DNA of 45,417 bases from Gemmatimonadales bacterium (lineage in GTDB: Bacteria > Gemmatimonadota > Gemmatimonadetes > Palauibacterales > Palauibacteraceae). The notes beneath the pieces are model-generated. The model was not told the DNA's origin. It worked only from the letters and a program-made list of their open reading frames with translations, and did not search any database. Each line of letters starts with the position of its first letter. Position 1 is the stretch's first letter. The stretch lies in NCBI GenBank assembly GCA_030636765.1, contig DAOVWI010000002.1, positions 1 to 45,417 of the forward strand. The letters run 5' to 3'. Positions 33,925 through 40,698 of this stretch are shown here, piece by piece. The translations under genes were made by a program, and so were the position numbers.

Positions 33925-34659
33925 CTATAAGGACGCACCAATCCAGCGATTAGTGGCATCCAGGCAGGCCAGTATCGCCGCTTCTTCAAGCGAGTCGTGC
34001 ACCCGGCTCACACCCGGGAGCGTGGCGGACCGTCGCCCGACAAACGCTCTAATGAGCGTGATGACAAGCGGTTGACCGCCCACGTGCGTGCTCGACACAT
34101 CCGAGAGTACGAATCGTACCTTCGAGTCGCGCGTCTTCTCGAGCGCGCGCAGCACGGCACTGGCTGCTACCTCGAGACGTACCGTTGCATAGTCTGCGCC
34201 TTCCGCCTCGCCGACGTACTCCGTTTCTCCTCGGTGGAGGGTGACCCGGCAGGTCGCCTGGCCACCCTTTCGCTCCAGATCGTAGTGGTCTAAAAGGACT
34301 TCGCGGCCCTCGCTCGCGGTGGCGGCCGCCGGTTGCTTCGCCGGCTCCGGCGACTCCCCCTCTTCGGCCTCGGTCCGGGCAATGTCGGGCCTTTGAACCT
34401 GTGCCACGGAGATCTTCCGATGGTCGATCTCCAGTCTGAACTCGGCCATCAGGGCCGACTCGATGTTACGGACGATCTGCTTGGCCCCCAAGGGGGAACT
34501 GGAAAGGACGTGGACCTCGTCGATGCCGCCGGCTCCATCGGGCACGAGCTTGATCGCATCGACGCCCTCCAGCGCGGACAACAGCCTCTCGATGCGCCGG
34601 AGGCCCCACGGGTCCAGCCCGGTCACATCATCTCTTGCCTCAGGCCCCTCAGGCATCAT
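33925..34659 (-). CDS. hypothetical 244-aa cytoplasmic protein (two alpha/beta modules joined by an acidic/Pro/Ala linker)
   Basis: The ATG at 34657-34659 overlaps the TGA (34659-34661) of the upstream GGDEF gene by 1 nt (TGATG). Third codon positions are G/C-rich. I recognise no family motif. Confidence 0.6.
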   Translation of the reverse strand: MMPEGPEARDDVTGLDPWGLRRIERLLSALEGVDAIKLVPDGAGGIDEVHVLSSSPLGAKQIVRNIESALMAEFRLEIDHRKISVAQVQRPDIARTEAEEGESPEPAKQPAAATASEGREVLLDHYDLERKGGQATCRVTLHRGETEYVGEAEGADYATVRLEVAASAVLRALEKTRDSKVRFVLSDVSSTHVGGQPLVITLIRAFVGRRSATLPGVSRVHDSLEEAAILACLDATNRWIGASL

Positions 34660-36503
34660 CAAGCACGTATCCCTTTCTGAATCGGATGCACACGGTTCCC
34701 CCCCTGCGCCTTGGCGATGTAGACCGCGGCATCGGCCTCGGCCAGGAGATCGTCGCTCGTCAGAACGGTCTGGCGAGCACCGCTATGATATGCGATCCCA
34801 ATACTTACAGTAACGCTGAAGCCGCTGTCGGGCACGGGGAGGGCGAGCTCCGCGATCCGACGACGCACGTCCTCCGCCACCCTTTCCACGCCTTCCGGAT
34901 CCGCGTTGACCAACAGGACGACGAACTCATCGCCTCCGAATCGGGCCGCCACGTCGGTCGATCGGATGCTGTCCCTGATGGCGTCGGCCACGCCCCGCAG
35001 CACCTCGTTTCCCGCCTGGTGGCCGTAGGTGTCGTTGGCCTCCTTGAAGCCGTCTAGGTCGAGAAACAGCATCGCCAGCGTCGTCTCGTCCCGGTTCGCC
35101 CGTGCCACTTCCTCTCGAAGCCGGTCCTCCAGAGCCCGGAAGCTGTACAGATCGGTCAAGGCGTCGTGGGCGGCGTCGCGCGCCATGCGCTCCAACTGCC
35201 GGGTCATATAATACGGGCAGATCGTCAGGGTCGATCGGTTCCGCGCCACGGCCTCGGCGAACGCCATGCAGCTCAAGTGACCGCACGCGCCGCAGTCCCA
35301 CGGTTCGCCCCCCGGTGCCGAGCCGATCTCGTCCAGAATGGCCCTGATATCCGTCTCCTCAACGGCTGGCAGAGCCTCCTTGGGCTCGTATGTGGCCGAC
35401 AGGTCGAGGCCTTGCGGCGCCTCGATCACCGGCTCCCCGGCCCTGGGCCCTTCGGCCAACTCCACCAGGCTCCGCCTCCAGAAGAGCTCGTCGTGCGGCC
35501 CGAGCGCGGGGTGATCCAGAGCGCCCTCGAAGGGAAGGATGTCTACGAAGCCGACATTCTTACCTTCCGTCACGGCCCGGGCTACGGCCTCCAGTGCGTG
35601 GAGGCCTCGCAGCTTCCGGAACCCCCTCGACGAGAGCCGCTGCTCGTCCAGCATCTCCCGCGGCAGCCCGCCCGCCGCCGAGAGGTGCCGCCTTTGCTCG
35701 GGCGGCACCACGCTCAAGGAGAGCGGCTGGCGTGCCGGGCCTGCTTCGCGGCTCTCGAGAAACCGCTGCAGCTCCGCGAAGGAGAGGGACGCGGTGATCT
35801 CGTTGGTGCCCTCCGGCCCTGCCGAGTGCACGCCTGCGTAAACGATGTTGTCCTCGGGCAACGTCAGCCTCAGGTAGCGGGCGAGGGCGATCGTAGGGGT
35901 GACCACGGGCGCGAGAAATGGCACGAGCTCCGGGTACTTCGTCCGGACGTAGTCGACCACGATCGGGCTTGTCGAACGGATCCAGGTCCTCCGTTCCTCG
36001 CTCTCACGCCACAGCCGCATGTACTCCGCCGCGACCAGCTCGTCGCCCAGCAGCTCGAAGAACACGGACCGAAATCCCGCGGCCAGGCAGGCGTTCACCA
36101 GCTGCTCCGGGGTCGCCGGGTAGAAGCGTACGATCGCCTCGGAGGGGAGAATGAGCAGAGCGTTCCCTCGATCGACGGCGGCTTCGACGCTCGCCACGTC
36201 TCCCGTTACATCGATAGCGCCGTGGGGACACACCGGGACGCAGAAGCCGCACTCCGTGCAGGCCGTCTCGACGATCTCGAGCGTGCCGCCTTGAATGGAG
36301 ATCGCCTCGACCGGACATGCGCGGACGCACGCCATGCATGCGACGCACCGGTCGTTGATGGAAAGATTCAGACTCACTGCGTTCCGACCAGCTGCCGTTT
36401 CGAACCGATCGGGAGCCGGCGGCTCGGGAGCCGGGGCCGACTTCGCTACCCGAGCCGGCCTGGCTTCTCGAGCTACCCTGGCTACCCGATCCACAATCTG
36501 CAC
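34659..36503 (-). CDS. diguanylate cyclase fused to 2x[4Fe-4S] ferredoxin, a degenerate [FeFe]-hydrogenase-like domain and a CxxCx4C Fe-S domain
   Basis: CVACMACVRACP and CTECGFCVPVCP are ferredoxin motifs. The hydrogenase-large-subunit-like blocks are GFRSVFFELLGDELVAAEY and KYPELVPFLAPVVTP. DCGACGHLSCMAFAEAV...ICPY is the extra Fe-S domain. The GGDEF domain reads LFLDLDGFKEANDTYGH...RSTDVAARFGGDEFVVLL, with an RxxD I-site. Confidence 0.85.
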   Translation of the reverse strand: MQIVDRVARVAREARPARVAKSAPAPEPPAPDRFETAAGRNAVSLNLSINDRCVACMACVRACPVEAISIQGGTLEIVETACTECGFCVPVCPHGAIDVTGDVASVEAAVDRGNALLILPSEAIVRFYPATPEQLVNACLAAGFRSVFFELLGDELVAAEYMRLWRESEERRTWIRSTSPIVVDYVRTKYPELVPFLAPVVTPTIALARYLRLTLPEDNIVYAGVHSAGPEGTNEITASLSFAELQRFLESREAGPARQPLSLSVVPPEQRRHLSAAGGLPREMLDEQRLSSRGFRKLRGLHALEAVARAVTEGKNVGFVDILPFEGALDHPALGPHDELFWRRSLVELAEGPRAGEPVIEAPQGLDLSATYEPKEALPAVEETDIRAILDEIGSAPGGEPWDCGACGHLSCMAFAEAVARNRSTLTICPYYMTRQLERMARDAAHDALTDLYSFRALEDRLREEVARANRDETTLAMLFLDLDGFKEANDTYGHQAGNEVLRGVADAIRDSIRSTDVAARFGGDEFVVLLVNADPEGVERVAEDVRRRIAELALPVPDSGFSVTVSIGIAYHSGARQTVLTSDDLLAEADAAVYIAKAQGGNRVHPIQKGIRA

Positions 36504-36555
36504 GGTGAGTTACAAGAAACAGGCCCCCGACCCGTGTCGACCACTACTCCGTGCG

Positions 36556-36571
36556 GACTTCCCCGGAAGTC
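36556..36571. promoter_or_regulatory. perfect 7-2-7 inverted repeat GACTTCC-CC-GGAAGTC upstream of the Fe-S GGDEF gene
   Basis: Read directly from the sequence. It is centred about 60 nt upstream of the GTG at 36503, in the 238-nt gap after the SRAP gene. Confidence 0.3.
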
Positions 36572-36741
36572 GCTTGTCATCAGCCTGTTAAAGGGCGCGG
36601 CCGGTCCGCTGATCCCGTCGGGTCGAGAAAGCGGCCGACGCGATGCAAACCCTGTGTGGCGGGGGTTCGACGGTGTGACGTGTCTGCCGGCCGCGGGCAT
36701 CCGCGCCGACGCGATTCGGCCAGGCGCGTGCGGATCGGGCT

Positions 36742-37425
36742 TCACCGCTCCAGCACGACGGCTTCGACGCACCGTGCGTCGTCGTGGTCGGTTCGGTTCA
36801 CATAAGTCGATACGGGACTGGCCACCAGAGCGTCCTCGGGCGCCGGACGAAAGAGGTGCTCGAGATCCTCGTGACCACGGATCTCCGGATCGAGCCAGAG
36901 GTCGAAGCCGACCGGAGGGATGATCACCGGCATCCGGTCGTGGAGGCGTGCCACCAGTGCGTTCGAGTCCGTCGTGAGAATCGCGCACGACTCGATGCTT
37001 CGGCCTGCCCGCTCCCAGTGCTCCCAGAGGCCGGCCAGCGCGAAGGCCGCGCCATCGGGTCTGCGGAGGTAGTACGGCTGTTTGCGTCCGCCCTCTCGCC
37101 GCCACTCGTAAAAGCCGTCGGCGACGATGAGGCAGCGGCGATCGGCCAGGGCCTCCCGGAACGCAGGCTTGACGTGGGCGCTCTCGCCCCGCGCGTTGAT
37201 CAGCGTGGGCCAGTTGGCTCGATCGTCGACCCAGTAGGGAAGCAGACCCCACCTGAGCAGGCTGAGCTCGCGGCCGCCCCGCCGATCATCGTAGCGGACG
37301 GCGGCCACCTCCTGCGTGGGAGCGACGTTGTAGCGGGGCGTCGGCAGATCGGCCTCCAGGTAGTCGACCGCGAAGAGTCGCGCCACCTCGGCTGCCTGCG
37401 TAGTGAGTGTGAACCGACCACACAT
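36742..37425 (-). CDS. SOS response-associated peptidase (SRAP / YedK / HMCES family, abasic-site DNA-protein crosslink enzyme)
   Basis: The N-terminal MCGRF (catalytic Cys2), NVAPTQ, LLRWGLLPYW and DGFYEW blocks are diagnostic of SRAP. Confidence 0.9.
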   Translation of the reverse strand: MCGRFTLTTQAAEVARLFAVDYLEADLPTPRYNVAPTQEVAAVRYDDRRGGRELSLLRWGLLPYWVDDRANWPTLINARGESAHVKPAFREALADRRCLIVADGFYEWRREGGRKQPYYLRRPDGAAFALAGLWEHWERAGRSIESCAILTTDSNALVARLHDRMPVIIPPVGFDLWLDPEIRGHEDLEHLFRPAPEDALVASPVSTYVNRTDHDDARCVEAVVLER

Positions 37426-37443
37426 AGGGCTACTCGTGCGCTC

Positions 37444-39255
37444 CTATCGGCCGTCCGGTCTCTCCGCGGGGAGCGGGACCTCGAGGTGCGTCTCGTAGAT
37501 CTCTTCGTTCGCGACCATGAAGGAACCGACTTCGCTGGTTGTGCTTCCGTCCTCCGTCTCGAGTATCGCTCGGGCGTACAGCTCCGTTTCGATGGGAACC
37601 CCGCAGAACAGGAAACTGCCGTTTTGGTCCGACACCGACTCGAATCCGATGTCGGTCCCCGCGCCTCCGGCCGAGCCGGGTTCGCTAACTTCCGACTGCC
37701 GGGTGGACAGACGGACGTGTGCGCCTTGCAACCGCTCTCCGGTCGAGGCTCCTGTAACGAGACCGACGACGATGCCCACCTTCGGACCCTCCATGGACGG
37801 GCACAGGGTCGGAGCGACGTGGCGAGTCGACGGGATGGCGAGATCCAGGTTCACCTGCTGGTCGGCCTGGATCACGACGGGCCGGAGCGCCGAGCCCAGT
37901 CGCAGCATGCCGACCCTGGGATGCGAGATCGTGACGAAGAAGCTTCCGGTGGGTAGGTACGCCATCGAGTAGCGCCCGTCATCGCCGGTGGTCGTTCGGT
38001 GATTCGTGCCGAAAAGGGAGACCGTGGCGCCCACAAGGGCGGCGCTTCGCGTGCTGTCGAAGACCTGGCCGGCAAGGGAACCGCGCCCGATCTGGCTCAC
38101 CTGCCGCCCGCCAGGCTCCGAGAGTCCGATGACCGTCCCGCCCTCCTCCTTGATCGCGACCAGCTTTCGCTTCTCCCGCAGACGGCCCAGGGATCCCGGC
38201 ACCGGCACTGGATTCCCCTCGAAGCTGATCTCGGTGACGGGCATGCGGATGTACCAGTCGTCCACGATCCACTCGCCACCAGGGATCATGCGGAACTCCA
38301 GGCGGCCGCCGAGCTTGTCGGAGGCGCGGATTCTCGAAGGGAGGTTCTCGTACCGGTACTCCACGTGGCGCAGGTGGGCGTCCTGCGCGTTCAGCCAGAG
38401 CACTCCGCTCACATCCGTCTTGTCCTTTTTCTTCACCGGCTCGAAAGCCAGGCCGACCATGCCTCGCCTCTCGCCCTTTCCCTCGACGACCCTGAAACAG
38501 TGGTCATCAAGGAACAGATCCGAGAGAAGGGTCTGGGCATCAGGCGCATAGTACTCCGTGGCGTTTTCCTCCTCGAAACGCCGGACGTACCCGATCTCGG
38601 CCAGCTCCTCCGCGGGCAACGCCCGAAACGCGTAGGTGGCCAGGCCGACCTTGAGCTCCGCTTGCTCCTCGAGAATCTCAAGGTTTCTCGGATCGAGCAG
38701 GCGTTCCCAGAGACGCGTCGTGAAGCGGAATCTGCGCTGTTCCTCGGTCCACACCGCTGCCGACAGCGCCTTGCGCGCCTCCTCCCAGACCACGGCCACC
38801 CGCTGTCCCTCGGACCCTCGGATATTGCACTGGCGCTCGCCTTCGACGCTGATCATGGGGAGCTCAATGGGACGAACCGGCATCGCCAATCGATGATCCA
38901 ACACCTGCTCGGACGCCAGCTCGAGCACCGGGGACGTGAAGTTCTCGTACCCGATGCGCTCGGCCCTCACGGTATAGCGTCCCGGCGTCGGTGCATGCAG
39001 GACGAAGCGGCCGGCCTCGTTGGTGAGCATCGCCGCGACTTGCTCGCCGCGCTCGTCCAGCAGAACGATGAATGCTCCTTCGATCGGTGCGCCCAGCCCC
39101 TCCTCGACGAGCTCGCCGCGGACGGCTTGCGCCGTGAGGAGCACCGGCCACGCGGCGGCTGCCGCCGTCAGAACACAGGCCATCATCACGCCACGGATCG
39201 AGGGGGCGCTTGCTATGCGGTTCCTCTCGCCGGATCGCTTCATTAGATCGGTCAT
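37444..39255 (-). CDS. secreted protein with repeated carboxypeptidase-regulatory-like (CarboxypepD_reg) domains
   Basis: Three blocks fit the pattern G.V.D...G.P..GA.V.L......T...G.F....P.G.Y.V (for example VRGELVEEGLGAPIEGAFIVLLDERGEQ...GRFVLHAPTPGRYTVRAERIGY). The h-region is VMMACVLTAAAAAWPVLLTAQA. The start is ambiguous among the ATGs at 39282, 39255 and 39243. Confidence 0.7.
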   Translation of the reverse strand: MTDLMKRSGERNRIASAPSIRGVMMACVLTAAAAAWPVLLTAQAVRGELVEEGLGAPIEGAFIVLLDERGEQVAAMLTNEAGRFVLHAPTPGRYTVRAERIGYENFTSPVLELASEQVLDHRLAMPVRPIELPMISVEGERQCNIRGSEGQRVAVVWEEARKALSAAVWTEEQRRFRFTTRLWERLLDPRNLEILEEQAELKVGLATYAFRALPAEELAEIGYVRRFEEENATEYYAPDAQTLLSDLFLDDHCFRVVEGKGERRGMVGLAFEPVKKKDKTDVSGVLWLNAQDAHLRHVEYRYENLPSRIRASDKLGGRLEFRMIPGGEWIVDDWYIRMPVTEISFEGNPVPVPGSLGRLREKRKLVAIKEEGGTVIGLSEPGGRQVSQIGRGSLAGQVFDSTRSAALVGATVSLFGTNHRTTTGDDGRYSMAYLPTGSFFVTISHPRVGMLRLGSALRPVVIQADQQVNLDLAIPSTRHVAPTLCPSMEGPKVGIVVGLVTGASTGERLQGAHVRLSTRQSEVSEPGSAGGAGTDIGFESVSDQNGSFLFCGVPIETELYARAILETEDGSTTSEVGSFMVANEEIYETHLEVPLPAERPDGR

Positions 39256-39474
39256 GCCATCAAAGTCATCGACGTGTAACATAGCGGCGTCGCAAAGGCG
39301 GCGGCACCACCAGCGGCGCTCCTGCAGGTTGCTGAAGAACCCTTGTGGGTCGCGCGCATGGCACAACCGGCCACTCTGGCAACGGGCCGGGCTTGCACGA
39401 GCCCGACTCGGGCCAGAGAATGCCAGAGAGTGCCACGCAATCTAGGCTACTGACCCACCAAGCCCGGGAAGCGG

Positions 39475-39777
39475 ATGTCGACAGGCTCATCGCTGCTCAG
39501 AAGGCTCATCTTCCGCCTGGACGGTGCGGCCGACAGCAAGAAAGTGACGTTCACGAGCGCTGCCGGAAACCGCTGGGAGGCGGATCTGTGCATCCACTCC
39601 GGTACGAATGAGCAGTCTCCCCGGCTGATGATCCTCTTTCGCGATCGGGACGATCCGACGCGTCCGCAGAGGTACAACCTCGCTCCGCCGTGGGCGTCGA
39701 AGGTGCCGTCGGAGGCCGCCGAGCAGCTTGCCGAGAAGGATCTGCGCGAGCTGCTGGCCACGTCGGTGAAAGCCTGA
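39475..39777 (+). CDS. hypothetical 100-aa protein, paralogue of the next ORF
   Basis: ATG start and G/C-rich third codon positions. It shares WEA...R(L/I)...F...DR..RP...L.E.DL..LL with the downstream ORF. Its stop overlaps the next start (TGATG). Confidence 0.45.
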   Translation: MSTGSSLLRRLIFRLDGAADSKKVTFTSAAGNRWEADLCIHSGTNEQSPRLMILFRDRDDPTRPQRYNLAPPWASKVPSEAAEQLAEKDLRELLATSVKA

Positions 39778-40013
39778 TGCGCAGGACCTTCCTCGACGAG
39801 AACCTCCTGGAGTGGGAGGCCTACATCTCCGGTGGCCAACCCGGCACGGACGCGGCCGCGCGGATCTACTTCAACTGCCTGACAGACCGGAGCCGAAGAC
39901 CGCTCTTCGTCCCCGACCGGAGCGGAGACGTCGCGGCGGCTCAGCGGACGCTCGGTGGCTTGGAGACGGCGGATCTGATCGCGCTGCTTCAACAGGCCGC
40001 AACGCTGCCCTGA
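39777..40013 (+). CDS. hypothetical 78-aa protein, paralogue of the previous ORF
   Basis: The ATG at 39777 overlaps the previous TGA by 1 nt. It ends 4 nt before the tdk ATG. The sequence is [20 protein letters not shown]...[12 protein letters not shown]. Confidence 0.45.
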   Translation: MRRTFLDENLLEWEAYISGGQPGTDAAARIYFNCLTDRSRRPLFVPDRSGDVAAAQRTLGGLETADLIALLQQAATLP

Positions 40014-40017
40014 GCGG

Positions 40018-40641
40018 ATGATTCAGGATCACCGCGACGGCTGGATCGAAGTCATCACCGGCGTGATGTTCAGCGGCAAGTCGGAAGAGCTTATGCGTAG
40101 GGTGCGCCGCGCCATGATCGCTCGCAAGCAGGTTCAGGTGTTCAAGTCGCACCTGGACGATCGGTATGGGGGGCTCGGCCAGATCAGCTCGCACGATGGG
40201 CAGGAGATCCCTGCCCTTCCCGTCTCAGCGTCCCGCGACATCGCGGAGCGCGTGGCCACCGACACCCAGGTCGTGGCGATCGACGAGGCCCAATTCCTGG
40301 ATACGGGCATCGTCTCCGTAACGAACTCGCTGGCCGACGAGGGTCGAAGGGTCATCGTGGCGGGAACCGACATGGACTTCAGAGGCGAGCCGTTCGGTCC
40401 CCTGGGTCCGCTGCTCGCCGTGGCGGAGAAGATCGACAAGCTGCACGCGATCTGCGTCGTGTGCGGTGAGCTGGCGACACGGAATCAGCGCTTGATCGAC
40501 GGGCAGCCGGCCCCGGCCGAAGGGCCGACGATTCAGGTGGGGGGGTTGGAGAGCTACGAGGCGCGCTGTCGCCGCTGCCACGACGTGCCGTCCGCTGTTG
40601 ATGACCAGATGCAGCTAATCTCCGGGGGACGGCGGCCCTAG
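40018..40641 (+). CDS. tdk: thymidine kinase
   Basis: Has the P-loop [11 protein letters not shown], the Walker B block [10 protein letters not shown], and the C-terminal zinc ribbon CVVCG...CRRCH. Confidence 0.9.
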   Translation: MIQDHRDGWIEVITGVMFSGKSEELMRRVRRAMIARKQVQVFKSHLDDRYGGLGQISSHDGQEIPALPVSASRDIAERVATDTQVVAIDEAQFLDTGIVSVTNSLADEGRRVIVAGTDMDFRGEPFGPLGPLLAVAEKIDKLHAICVVCGELATRNQRLIDGQPAPAEGPTIQVGGLESYEARCRRCHDVPSAVDDQMQLISGGRRP

Positions 40642-40648
40642 CGGTTCG

Positions 40649-40665
40649 CTGGCGCGACCCGCCAG
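40649..40665. terminator. short hairpin between convergent tdk and the TonB-receptor gene
   Basis: CTGGCG-CGACC-CGCCAG (6-bp stem) is followed by GGTTATT. It is the only obvious structure in the 57-nt gap. Confidence 0.25.
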
Positions 40666-40698
40666 GGTTATTCAGCGACCTGCCAAACGGACGGGAGC

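Noticed and set aside
31000-33950. The low-GC patch as a discrete mobile element or genomic island
   Set aside because: There is no integrase, transposase, recombinase or tRNA target, and no flanking direct or inverted repeats. One boundary falls inside a gene. I report it only as a compositional anomaly.
34486-34599. RRIER ... SSSPLG in the 244-aa unknown protein, superficially like the PilZ RxxxR / (D/N)xSxxG c-di-GMP-binding motifs with the right spacing
   Set aside because: The second motif lacks the D/N. The intervening sequence looks alpha/beta rather than like a PilZ beta-barrel. Short motifs like these arise by chance. I kept it only as a reason to test c-di-GMP binding.
36655-36685. 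GGGGGTTCGACGG, resembling a tRNA T-arm (GGTTCGA)
   Set aside because: There is no complementary T-stem, no acceptor stem and no anticodon arm around it. I found no tRNA-like cloverleaf in any intergenic region of the window.
35166-36923. 585-aa plus-strand ORF antisense to the Fe-S GGDEF gene and the SRAP gene
   Set aside because: It spans two well-supported minus-strand genes and their intergenic gap. The composition is Arg/Pro/Gly-dominated. It is a shadow ORF.
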